DNA from: an uncultured Planctomycetales bacterium
GTDB lineage: Bacteria; Omnitrophota; Gorgyraeia; Zapsychrales; JAHFFX01
Assembly (NCBI GenBank): GCA_964571895.1
Contig: CAZNDW010000003.1
Span: forward strand, 1-36,494
Reading direction: 5' to 3'
DNA: 36,494 nt
Shown: one piece after another, positions 16,777 through 25,343 of the stretch
Layout: each line of letters opens with the position of its first letter
Numbering within the stretch: position 1 is the first letter of the stretch
Notes under the pieces: model-generated
Databases searched by the model: none
Seen by the model: only the letters and a program-made list of their open reading frames with translations
Told to the model about the DNA's origin: nothing
Translations under genes and position numbers: made by a program

Positions 16777-17181
16777 ATGATGAAGAGAATAAGAAAGAAC
16801 CATCGGGGATTCACCTTGGTCGAGATTATGATCGTTGTGGCGATCATTGCGCTCTTGGCCGCGATTGCGATCCCGAACCTGCTGAGGGCGAAGATATCGG
16901 CCAACGATGCCTCTGCACGGGCGACCTTAAGAGCGTTGTCCACCGCATCCGAAACCTTCGCGACCTCCAACAACGGCAATTATCCTGCGACCATGACCGA
17001 TCTGACGGGCGCGACACCACCGTACATCAACACCGACTACTGTGGCGCGACCGTATCGGGGTATGCGTTCACCTGCACAAACGCGGCGGGAAGCTATACG
17101 TATGTCGCCACGCCGGTGACGGTCGGGACCTCAGGAACCACAACGTACACCATCACGACCGGAGGTGTTTTGACACCATAG
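16777..17181 (+). CDS. pilA: Type IV major pilin
   Basis: 134 aa. The canonical prepilin signal is KNHRG/FTLVEIMIVVAIIALLAAIAIPNLL. The C-terminal half is small and T/G/A-rich. The start is ATG 16777 or 16780. Confidence 0.9.
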   Translation: MMKRIRKNHRGFTLVEIMIVVAIIALLAAIAIPNLLRAKISANDASARATLRALSTASETFATSNNGNYPATMTDLTGATPPYINTDYCGATVSGYAFTCTNAAGSYTYVATPVTVGTSGTTTYTITTGGVLTP

Positions 17182-17228
17182 GCTGATTGGAGTTTTAGGT
17201 TACTTAGGTTAGAAAGTAGATTAGTTGT

Positions 17229-17296
17229 AAAGGAAAGGGGGCGGAGAGCCCCGTTGGGGGCAGCACCCCTCGACGGGTTTGACGCCCCTTTTCCTT
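17229..17296 (+). terminator. Branched GC-rich hairpin after the pilin gene (candidate terminator/attenuator)
   Basis: The outer stem AAAGGAAAGGGGGCG (17229-17243) / CGCCCCTTTTCCTTT (17282-17296) has one G-T position. Inside is GCCCC-GTT-GGGGC. The 3' side is T-rich (TTTTCCTTTT). Confidence 0.5.
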
Positions 17297-17330
17297 TTGG
17301 GTGGTCTTCGGCAAGAAATGGATGGGAATC

Positions 17331-17732
17331 ATGGTCAAAAAACTTTTATCTAAGGCGTTTACTCTGCCCGAGCTTTTACTTGTGGCTGCGATCTTGGGTT
17401 ATGCGGTGTCGGTCGTGCTGCTGACCTTTATTAATAGTGCGGCGCTTAATGAAGCCAGCCGTAATTTAACCGCGGCCACGACCCACGCCGAATTTGTCAT
17501 GGAAAATATCAAGAATACCACTTTTCCCAGTATCGCAACCAATATCAGCAACGGCACCTGGACCTGGGATACAGCAGCCGTGACGAGTCATGGGTTAACG
17601 GCTTTAAATACGGAAAGCATCTCTACAATTTCGACAGGAACCAATCCGTTGGATATTACCGTGACGGTGGCTTGGAACGACACCCGAGGAAGGAGCCGGT
17701 CCAAAATCTTAAGGACTTTGATCTCAGGATGA
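17331..17732 (+). CDS. Minor pilin / pseudopilin with prepilin-like N-terminus
   Basis: From ORF 17301..17732. MVKKLLSKA/FTLPELLLVAAILGYAVSVVLL carries the FTLxE hydrophobic N-terminal motif, with Ala rather than Gly at -1. The start is uncertain (GTG 17301, ATG 17322 or ATG 17331). Confidence 0.75.
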   Translation: MVKKLLSKAFTLPELLLVAAILGYAVSVVLLTFINSAALNEASRNLTAATTHAEFVMENIKNTTFPSIATNISNGTWTWDTAAVTSHGLTALNTESISTISTGTNPLDITVTVAWNDTRGRSRSKILRTLISG

Positions 17733-18199
17733 TGAATACAAAAGCTTATACCTTAGTTGAGGCCTTGGTCAGTCTCCTGATCCTTTCTTTTGTCCTATTA
17801 GGAGTGTATGGGGTTTTATTGACAGGTAATACCGTTTTTATCAAAGATACAACGTTGCTCGATATGCAGCAACAAACGAGAAACGCAGGGGATCGCATCG
17901 TCCGGGAGGTTCGCCAAGCGTCCTCTCAGACGATTACGGCGAATTATAACAGCACAACCAATGACAAGATCGTTTTCACGATTCCCACGGCCACGGGAAT
18001 CCAATATTATTTAAGCGGTACCAATTTGATCAGGGAATATCCCGCAGGAACAACCCGAACCATCGCCAGCAATATCGGGGTTTTGAAATTCACGTTGACC
18101 GGGTCGCTTTTAACGATTCAAATCAGGGCCGATCAAACGATCTATGCGCAAACCACGTCTTTCGCGCTCACACAGAACGTGAGGTTAAGAAATGAATAA
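17729..18199 (+). CDS. Minor pilin / pseudopilin
   Basis: From ORF 17672..18199. The ATG at 17729 overlaps the upstream stop codon. MMNTKA/YTLVEALVSLLILSFVLLGVYGVLL also has Ala at -1. Confidence 0.75.
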   Translation: MMNTKAYTLVEALVSLLILSFVLLGVYGVLLTGNTVFIKDTTLLDMQQQTRNAGDRIVREVRQASSQTITANYNSTTNDKIVFTIPTATGIQYYLSGTNLIREYPAGTTRTIASNIGVLKFTLTGSLLTIQIRADQTIYAQTTSFALTQNVRLRNE

Positions 18200-19430
18200 A
18201 AGGGGCTCCATCGTCTTTGCTTTTTTACTCACTCTGGTTCTAACCGTTCTGGGCGCAGCCATTTTTTCAAGAAGCGTTAACGAAAATTTGTCGGCCCAGC
18301 GCATGGCCAATTCTTCTGCCGCTTTCTGGGCGTCTGAGGCCGGGCTGCAAAAAGTATTGTGGGAATATAATTACAATAACTGTCAAGGCATGGTGCAGGA
18401 GGGAACAAGCACGGCTTGTGCCAGCTGCACCAGCTGTGGCGGCGGCAATAAAGCTGTGGCGGGAATTTTGACCGGCTATGGGGATTATGACGTGACGCTC
18501 AATAACGCCAACACAACGATTCAGTCCATCGGTTCGATCCCCCACCGCAATTCCACCCAGAAAATTCAGCGCAAGGTTCAAGCGACCCTTGGCAAACCGG
18601 CTATTTTCAGCAATGGTATTTTTGCCCAAGGGCAGGTGAATTTATCGAATAATGCGCTGGTGGATTCTTATAATTCTAATGACGGCCCTTATGGCGGATC
18701 GAATATTCACAGCAATGGAAATGTAGGGAGTAACGGGACAAGCACCGGTATCATTACAATTAGCAATAATGCCGTGGTCAACGGCAATGTTTCCACTGGC
18801 CCCAACGGGACTGTGACCCTGGGCAATAACGCAACGATTTCTGGCACGACCACGCATAATAATAGTGTGGCCTTGCCGGCGGTCGTTGTTCCGTCTACTT
18901 TAACGGCGCTCTCGAGCAGCGGGACATTGAGTCTTAGCAATGGCGCCTCCGGCACAATCAATGCCGGGGATTACAAATACAGCAGTATCAGTTTATCCAA
19001 CGACAGCTTCTTGACCATTAATGGGGATGTGCGTCTGTATTTGACGGCCAGCGATACCTTAAGCACGGGAAACAACGCGGCGATCACGATCGCCAGCGGT
19101 GCCAGCTTAACGGTTTATACGGACGGGGTGATCACCTTCGCCAACAATATCAGCATTAATACAGTTTCGCAGCTTCCGTCAAAATTTCAGATTTATAGCA
19201 CTTATACGGGGAGTGACGGCGTAACTCTGAATAACAATGGGACGAGTTATGCCTCTATTTATGCCCCACAGACAGATGTTGATATTAGTAATAACAATCA
19301 ATTTTATGGAGCGGTCGTCGGCAAGACAGTCGACTTGAACAACAACGGTCAAATCCATTATGATGAAGCCTTAGCGACGATGGCCAATCCGTTTGAAAAT
19401 GCGATTTTGAGCAATTGGCAGGAATATTAA
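18192..19430 (+). CDS. PilX-N-like pilus protein with N/S/T/G-rich C-terminal repeat region
   Basis: 412 aa. The N-terminus KRGSIVFAFLLTLVLTVLGAAIF plus ANSSAAFWASEAGL resembles PilX N-terminal domains. The remainder has degenerate repeats such as SNNALV, SNNAVVNGNVS and GNNATISG. It follows the minor pilins. Confidence 0.7.
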   Translation: MNKRGSIVFAFLLTLVLTVLGAAIFSRSVNENLSAQRMANSSAAFWASEAGLQKVLWEYNYNNCQGMVQEGTSTACASCTSCGGGNKAVAGILTGYGDYDVTLNNANTTIQSIGSIPHRNSTQKIQRKVQATLGKPAIFSNGIFAQGQVNLSNNALVDSYNSNDGPYGGSNIHSNGNVGSNGTSTGIITISNNAVVNGNVSTGPNGTVTLGNNATISGTTTHNNSVALPAVVVPSTLTALSSSGTLSLSNGASGTINAGDYKYSSISLSNDSFLTINGDVRLYLTASDTLSTGNNAAITIASGASLTVYTDGVITFANNISINTVSQLPSKFQIYSTYTGSDGVTLNNNGTSYASIYAPQTDVDISNNNQFYGAVVGKTVDLNNNGQIHYDEALATMANPFENAILSNWQEY

Positions 19431-19481
19431 ACAGCCCTCCCAAAGAAATTATTTATGAATTGCCCTTAAGCGAAAAAATTT

Positions 19482-19490
19482 TGATACAAT
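19482..19490 (+). promoter_or_regulatory. Candidate extended -10 element upstream of pilM
   Basis: TGATACAAT is the same 9-mer as the pilin promoter extended -10 (16608-16616). The only -35-like hexamer, TTGCCC, lies 19 nt upstream. Confidence 0.35.
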
Positions 19491-19554
19491 AATGTTTGTC
19501 AAGATGTCTTTCCCATCGCTGGGTTTTATTTAAGGAAAAGAAAAGCCCAATCGC

Positions 19555-20628
19555 ATGCATTTATTATTAGAAAAGTACCTCCAAACCATCAAGAGCTTTA
19601 TCCCCTCCAAGAGTGCTGTTTCTTCGGTCGGATTAGATATCGAGCCGGAATCCTGCAAGGCCGTTGAGTTGGTGAAAAGCGGAGACTCCTTTGAGATCCT
19701 CAATTGGACGGTTGAGCCTGTGGACAATGCCGATCTTGAGAGTGCCATAAAAAAAATATTCGCCCGGTTAAACCTCTCCTCCAAGGCCCCCTATACGGCG
19801 GTCTCCGGTAAAGGGGCTCTCGTCCGGTATATCGACATGCCCCGCATGCCCCGGGAAGACCTCAAGAAGTCTTTTGATCTTGAGGCGGACCGCTACTTTC
19901 CCTTCGCCCATGACCAGATTTATACGGACTGTTATGTTCTTAATCCCGAGGCCCCGGAGAAACAGATGTCGGTTCTGGTGGCCGCGGCCAAGAAAGAAAT
20001 CATTCATGAGCGAATGGAGCTTTTGACTCGTCTGGGGTTTATCTCGTCTTTCATCGGGATCAATTCCCTGGCCATTGCCAATGTCTTTCACACTTATGGG
20101 AAGCGGATTGCGACCGACACCTCTGCGGAGGGCAGCCAGCCGACCGCCTGGGCGGTTTTGGACATGGAAGAGACCGGGAGCAGTCTCTTGGTTCTCGTGG
20201 ATCATCTCCCGCGGTTTAACCGCGACATCTTTGTGGGGGGGAAAGATTTAACCAAAAAGATCAGCAATCTCTTAGGGTTAAGCCTCGGCGAGGCCCAAAA
20301 ACTGCGGCAGGAACCGCACGATCGGCTCGCGGACGTCCTGAATATCTGTGAGTCGGTTTTAATGAATCTGGTCTCCGAGGTGAGGTTTTCCTTTGATTAT
20401 TTCACGACCGAGCACAATATCCCGATCTCAAAATTATTCTTAAGCGGCGGATCGTCTTTATTATCGGGAGTTCTGGAGAGTTTTTCCAAAAATTTAGACA
20501 TCCCCGTCGAACGATGGGACCCCGTTCAATATTTCCAATTAGCCCCGAGTATCTCGGGTGTGGAAATCCATAAAAATGCCGGTCAGTTGGGCGTGGCTTT
20601 AGGGCTGGCCTTATACGAATATGATTGA
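19555..20628 (+). CDS. pilM: Type IV pilus assembly protein PilM (actin-like)
   Basis: 357 aa. It begins VGLDIEPESCKAVEL and has an ASKHA-like fold signature (LSGGSSLLSG). It precedes pilNOPQ. Confidence 0.85.
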   Translation: MHLLLEKYLQTIKSFIPSKSAVSSVGLDIEPESCKAVELVKSGDSFEILNWTVEPVDNADLESAIKKIFARLNLSSKAPYTAVSGKGALVRYIDMPRMPREDLKKSFDLEADRYFPFAHDQIYTDCYVLNPEAPEKQMSVLVAAAKKEIIHERMELLTRLGFISSFIGINSLAIANVFHTYGKRIATDTSAEGSQPTAWAVLDMEETGSSLLVLVDHLPRFNRDIFVGGKDLTKKISNLLGLSLGEAQKLRQEPHDRLADVLNICESVLMNLVSEVRFSFDYFTTEHNIPISKLFLSGGSSLLSGVLESFSKNLDIPVERWDPVQYFQLAPSISGVEIHKNAGQLGVALGLALYEYD

Positions 20629-21208
20629 GATCAATCTCATCCCTTCCCAGTTAAGGAAAAAACGCAAGGGAACCACGTTCTCTGGCTTTAATTTAAATTT
20701 TCCGCCGGAGGCTGTGGTGGGCTTTGTGGGAGGGTTGATTGTTGCATTGGCGCTCATTCACGTTTTGCTTTTAGGTCTTCTTTGGAGTAAGGTGGCTCAA
20801 AAAAACAGGCTGGAGAAATCCTGGCAGAATTTCCTTCCCCAAAAGCAAAGGGCCGATCGGCTGCTCAATGAATGGCGCGGCCTCCAGAGTAAAAAAACCG
20901 CCATTGAAAAGATGACCATCGAGCGCAGGATCCTGTGGGCTCCCAAACTCAATGCCTTAACCGACAGCATTCCCCGGGGGGTATGGCTTAATAAAGTCCG
21001 TCTGGAGGGCGGGATCCTGATGATTGAGGGAAGTGTGATCTCTAAGATGGCTGATGAGATGGGCAGTGTGGGGGCGTTCACAACGAATCTCAAAACCCAG
21101 AAGCAGTTCCTGGGCAACTTAAAAAATATTGAAGTCGGGCCGCTCCAAAGAAGGAAAATTCAAACAACCGAGATTGCCGACTTTTCCATCACCGCCAAAG
21201 TGCAATGA
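20621..21208 (+). CDS. pilN: Type IV pilus assembly protein PilN
   Basis: 195 aa. IEINLIPSQLRKKRK is followed by a single TM helix. It overlaps pilM by 8 nt. Confidence 0.8.
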   Translation: MIEINLIPSQLRKKRKGTTFSGFNLNFPPEAVVGFVGGLIVALALIHVLLLGLLWSKVAQKNRLEKSWQNFLPQKQRADRLLNEWRGLQSKKTAIEKMTIERRILWAPKLNALTDSIPRGVWLNKVRLEGGILMIEGSVISKMADEMGSVGAFTTNLKTQKQFLGNLKNIEVGPLQRRKIQTTEIADFSITAKVQ

Positions 21209-21822
21209 AAATTCTAGGTCCTCTTTATAATCTGATCCCCAAGATCGACGATAAAAACCGTTATTATATTCTGGGGGCCGTGCTGATTGTCATTTTATTG
21301 CTTTATTATTTCCTTTTGATGCACCCCTGTCTGAGCAATTGGGGTACGCTCAATGCCAAGATAGCAACGCTCAAAGGAGCTCTGGAGCAGACCCAAGAGA
21401 GTATTGCGAAAATGGGTTTCTACCAGTCGCAGATTGCGGGCCTTCAGGAGGTGTTGCAGAAATCCGAGTATGAGATTCCGATGCAAGAAGAGATCCCTCT
21501 TATTTTAGGAGGGATCTCTCATCTGGCGAATCAAAATGATGTTAAAATAGATCAAATGGTACCCGACAAGTCTTTCCAGGAATTGCTCCTGACCGATAAA
21601 GATGGGAAATATTATTCTTTCCCTATCCAGGTGCAGGCCCGGGCGGGTTATCATGATATCGGCCGCTTTATCGACCAGCTAGAAAAGGACAAAACTTTTA
21701 AGAATGTCACTCTATTCGCGATTGCTGCGAATCCAGATGATCCCCTGCGCCACTCTTTGAATCTGACGATCAGAGTCGTGATTTTGGAGAAACAAGAAGG
21801 AGCGGATCCAGCGGGCCCATGA
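21205..21822 (+). CDS. pilO: Type IV pilus assembly protein PilO
   Basis: 205 aa with an N-terminal TM helix, a coiled coil and a ferredoxin-like C-terminus. ATGA overlap with pilN. Assigned by synteny. Confidence 0.75.
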   Translation: MKILGPLYNLIPKIDDKNRYYILGAVLIVILLLYYFLLMHPCLSNWGTLNAKIATLKGALEQTQESIAKMGFYQSQIAGLQEVLQKSEYEIPMQEEIPLILGGISHLANQNDVKIDQMVPDKSFQELLLTDKDGKYYSFPIQVQARAGYHDIGRFIDQLEKDKTFKNVTLFAIAANPDDPLRHSLNLTIRVVILEKQEGADPAGP

Positions 21823-22163
21823 ACATTTTTATCATTCTTATGCTTCTTGGAATCGTCCCTTTAGGGTGGGCCGAGGAGCCGCCTTTTGTTTATCAGGATC
21901 ACGGCAAAAGGGATCCCTTCTGGAAGCTGGTGACCCCCAGTGGAGCGGTTATGAATTATGACACCGATATCTCGATTTCGGATATGCTGCTGGAAGGCAT
22001 TATCGCGGGTCCGGAAGGCAGCAACTTAGCCATCGTGAATAACACCATCGTCAAACCTAATGATCGAATTGGCCCTTTTATTATTGAGAAGATCGAGAAC
22101 GACAAAGTCTTTTTGAGGAATGGTGATGAGAATTTTGTCCTCAAACTGCAAAAGGAGGAATAG
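21819..22163 (+). CDS. PilP-like small periplasmic pilus assembly protein
   Basis: 114 aa with a signal peptide and the RDPF motif (GKRDPFWK). It lies between pilO and the secretin gene. Confidence 0.65.
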   Translation: MNIFIILMLLGIVPLGWAEEPPFVYQDHGKRDPFWKLVTPSGAVMNYDTDISISDMLLEGIIAGPEGSNLAIVNNTIVKPNDRIGPFIIEKIENDKVFLRNGDENFVLKLQKEE

Positions 22164-22164
22164 A

Positions 22165-23595
22165 ATGCTCAAAATTGCGGTCCCAGCGCTTATCGGTGTG
22201 GGGTTGGCGTTTGTTTGTGCTTATGCGCAAGTCCCTCCCGATAGCCCCTTAATGAATTCCGAGATTCCTATTGAGGGGACGCCATCGGGGGCACAGATCC
22301 CGCAGGCTGCCGATATGACCTCAGCCTCATCTTCAGAGAGTCGAGAAACATCGGTCTCTCGGCCGGGCAATGTCACTTTGGATCTTCGTGACGCCGATAT
22401 CAGAAATGTCCTTAGGATTCTGGCTTATAAAAGCGGAGTCAATATCGTGGCGGGGCCGGAGGTTGTGGGTTTGGTGACGATCCACTTGAGGGATGTGCCT
22501 TGGCAACGGGCCCTGGATGTGATCCTTTCCACCTACGGATATGGCTATGACCGCCAAGCCAATATCATCACGGTGACAACGATTGAAAACTTGAAGAAAC
22601 GCCGCGAAGACGCTCAGCTCCTTGCGGAACAAGAGCCCTTAACCACCAAGACCTTCACCTTAAATTTTGCGAAGGCCTCCCTTGTGATCGCTTCGATTGA
22701 AAAAATGAAAACGTCCCGCGGCTCGATCAACTTTGATGAGCGAACCAATACCCTGATCGTGCGGGACATCTCCAGCAATGTCGATTTGTTCGGAGAGGTG
22801 ATTTCTACCTTGGATACAACCACCCCGCAGGTCTTGATTGAAGCCAAAGTGATTGAGACGACCCTCAACAATACAGAAAATTTGGGAATCGACTGGGTGA
22901 TCAAGGCCACAACCACCGGCGCCAAGAGACCCCACATCTGGCCGTTTGCCAGCCGAGAAACCTCTAACAAATTTCTGCCGGACGCTATCCCCGCCGCCTC
23001 CTCAACGGAGTTCTCCTATGGAACAATAAATTTTGCCCAGTTGCAGGCGGTCTTGGAATTGCTGAGGACCAGAAGCAACACCAATATCCTTTCCAATCCC
23101 AGGATTGTGACGCTCGATAACCAACAGGCCAAGATTGTGGTGGGGTCGCAGTATCCCATCCCCACGTACACCTACAATGAGCAGCAGGCCAGGCTTCAGG
23201 TCTCGGGTTGGGAGTATAAGGATATCGGCATCATTTTTGATGTGACGCCCCACGTCAACCAGGCAGGTTTTGTGACGCTCGATATCGAGCCTCAGATAAC
23301 GGATATCCTCGATTTTGTGACGGTAGAAAACACACAGCTGCCCCGTTTAAGCAATGAGACAGCAAAAACCCAGGTGATGATTAAAGACGGAGAGACCTTG
23401 GTCATCGCCGGTCTCATCAAGGATAAGTTGACGGACACTAAGAAAAAAGTGCCTCTCTTAGGGGATGTGCCGATCTTGGGCCTTTTATTCCAGAAGTCAG
23501 AAAAGACGAAGGTCAAAACCGATCTTTTGATTTTCCTGACACCCCACATCATTACGCCCAATCCAGAGTCCGCGGGGCCCCCGGCCACTCAATAA
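22165..23595 (+). CDS. pilQ: Type IV pilus secretin PilQ
   Basis: From ORF 22120..23595. The ATG at 22165 follows AAGGAGG (22152-22158). It has a signal peptide (AFVCAYA/Q) and a secretin N-domain (VTLDLRDADIRNVLRILA). The C-terminal secretin core includes SNPRIVTLDNQQAKI, VPLLGDVPILGLLF and LLIFLTPHI. Confidence 0.9.
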   Translation: MLKIAVPALIGVGLAFVCAYAQVPPDSPLMNSEIPIEGTPSGAQIPQAADMTSASSSESRETSVSRPGNVTLDLRDADIRNVLRILAYKSGVNIVAGPEVVGLVTIHLRDVPWQRALDVILSTYGYGYDRQANIITVTTIENLKKRREDAQLLAEQEPLTTKTFTLNFAKASLVIASIEKMKTSRGSINFDERTNTLIVRDISSNVDLFGEVISTLDTTTPQVLIEAKVIETTLNNTENLGIDWVIKATTTGAKRPHIWPFASRETSNKFLPDAIPAASSTEFSYGTINFAQLQAVLELLRTRSNTNILSNPRIVTLDNQQAKIVVGSQYPIPTYTYNEQQARLQVSGWEYKDIGIIFDVTPHVNQAGFVTLDIEPQITDILDFVTVENTQLPRLSNETAKTQVMIKDGETLVIAGLIKDKLTDTKKKVPLLGDVPILGLLFQKSEKTKVKTDLLIFLTPHIITPNPESAGPPATQ

Positions 23596-23688
23596 TCATG
23601 ACTTTGTGTTGGCACTCTCCACCCGTATCGATCAATCGAATTTTTTCAAGCAACGGCGTTTTCAATCTTTGTGAATTGAGGTTAAACG

Positions 23689-24981
23689 ATGTCTAAAGAG
23701 ATCCTGATTCATATTCTGGAAGACGAAAGGCGTGTGGCCATCCTGGAAGATGGCAAACTGGATGATTTGTATATCGAGGTGGACCGGCACCAGTCGATTT
23801 TGGGAAACATTTATAAAGGGAAAGTGGAATCCATCCTTCCCTCCATTAACGGGGCCTTCGTTGATATCGGGCTTGGGAAAAATGGTTTTTTATATCTGAC
23901 CGATACCATCAACCCCCTTCTTGAAGAAGAGATCTCAACCCCCCAACGATTTCTCAATAAATTTTTCCGCAGGCCCGAGAAGAAAGAAAAAAAAGACACC
24001 AACCCCCTTCCGCTCGCCCCCGGGCAGGAAGTTTTGGTGCAGGTTGTCAAAGAACCTTTCGGCACAAAAGGAGCCAGGCTCACGACCCATGTGACCTTGG
24101 CGGGGCGGTTCGTGGTCTTTATGCCGTACGATCAGCATCTGGGGGTTTCCAAGAGGATCGAGGCCCACGAAGAGCGCCAGAGGCTGAAGAATATTTTGAC
24201 GGAGCTTAAGTTTGCGAAGGGCGGTTTTATTGTCCGGACGGCCTCCTCCCAGCAGAATAAACGCGATCTTATTCGGGATGCCCGATTTTTATCCGCCCTC
24301 TGGCAGCGGATTAAGAAATTGGCCGATGAGAAAAAAGCCCCGGCTTTAATCTATAAGGAATACGATCTGATTTGGAAGATCGTACGGGACTTCTTGACCG
24401 AGAGCGTGGACAAGCTGATCATCGACTCCGAGGAAGAGTTTATCAAGATGCGCAAGTTCGTCCACACCCTGATCGGCCGGCATATGGTCGGCAAGATTCA
24501 CTGCTATAAAGGCGAGGTGCCGTTATTCGATGCCAAGAACGTCACTCCCGAGCTCAACAAGATTTATGACCAGCGGGTTTATTTGAAAAGCGGGGCTTAT
24601 ATCGTGATTGAACCCACCGAAGGCCTGATTGTGGTGGATGTCAACAGCGGAAAGTTCAAGACCTCGGCCCGGCCGGAGGAGGCGGCCTTTATGGTCAATC
24701 TCGAGGCCGCCCCCGAGATTGCCCGGCAGTTGCGTTTGCGGGATTTAGGTGGTATCATTGTCATCGATTTTATCGACATGGGCCGGGAGGGGCACAAAAG
24801 AAAGGTCCTGGAGGCTTTGGAAGGGGCCTTGAGCAAAGACCATGCCAAAACCGAAGTGGATAGAATATCCAATCTCGGGCTGGTTGAAATGACCCGGGCC
24901 AGAACCGGCAAGACGCTGGAGGCCATCACCTTCACCGACTGTCCTTACTGCGGCGGCCGGGGCCGGGTGAAGATTGGCTGA
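23689..24981 (+). CDS. rng: Rne/Rng-family ribonuclease (RNase G-like)
   Basis: 430 aa. It has an S1 domain (GNIYKGKVESILPSINGAFVDIG) and a catalytic region (VVDVNSGKF, GIIVIDFIDM). The C-terminus carries CPYCGGRG. Confidence 0.85.
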   Translation: MSKEILIHILEDERRVAILEDGKLDDLYIEVDRHQSILGNIYKGKVESILPSINGAFVDIGLGKNGFLYLTDTINPLLEEEISTPQRFLNKFFRRPEKKEKKDTNPLPLAPGQEVLVQVVKEPFGTKGARLTTHVTLAGRFVVFMPYDQHLGVSKRIEAHEERQRLKNILTELKFAKGGFIVRTASSQQNKRDLIRDARFLSALWQRIKKLADEKKAPALIYKEYDLIWKIVRDFLTESVDKLIIDSEEEFIKMRKFVHTLIGRHMVGKIHCYKGEVPLFDAKNVTPELNKIYDQRVYLKSGAYIVIEPTEGLIVVDVNSGKFKTSARPEEAAFMVNLEAAPEIARQLRLRDLGGIIVIDFIDMGREGHKRKVLEALEGALSKDHAKTEVDRISNLGLVEMTRARTGKTLEAITFTDCPYCGGRGRVKIG

Positions 24982-25011
24982 CGGGCAGCACTCATAAAAA
25001 TGGAGGATTAT

Positions 25012-25338
25012 ATGTTTGCGGTTGTGCAAGTGGGTTCTTCCCAGTATAAAATTTCTGAAGGGAATATGATTGAGACACAGCTTTTGGAGGGAAAAAAAGG
25101 AGACCGTATCATTCTGGATAAGGTGCTCTTGTGGGCTGACGGCTCCAGTGTCAGGATCGGTCAGCCCTTTCTTAACGATGTCAAGATTGCCGCTTATGTT
25201 CTAACCCCGCATTTGGGGCCTAAGCTTATCTCCTACAAGTATCGTCGTCGGAAAAACTCGGCCTGGAAGAAGGGACATCGCCAGAAGCTCACCTGCCTTC
25301 GGATCGATAAGATTGAAACCCATTCCCCCCAAGCATAA
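25012..25338 (+). CDS. rplU: 50S ribosomal protein L21
   Basis: MFAVVQVGSSQYKISEG... and YKYRRRKNSAWKKGHRQ. The ATG at 25012 follows GGAGG (25004-25008). Confidence 0.9.
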   Translation: MFAVVQVGSSQYKISEGNMIETQLLEGKKGDRIILDKVLLWADGSSVRIGQPFLNDVKIAAYVLTPHLGPKLISYKYRRRKNSAWKKGHRQKLTCLRIDKIETHSPQA

Positions 25339-25343
25339 AAGGT

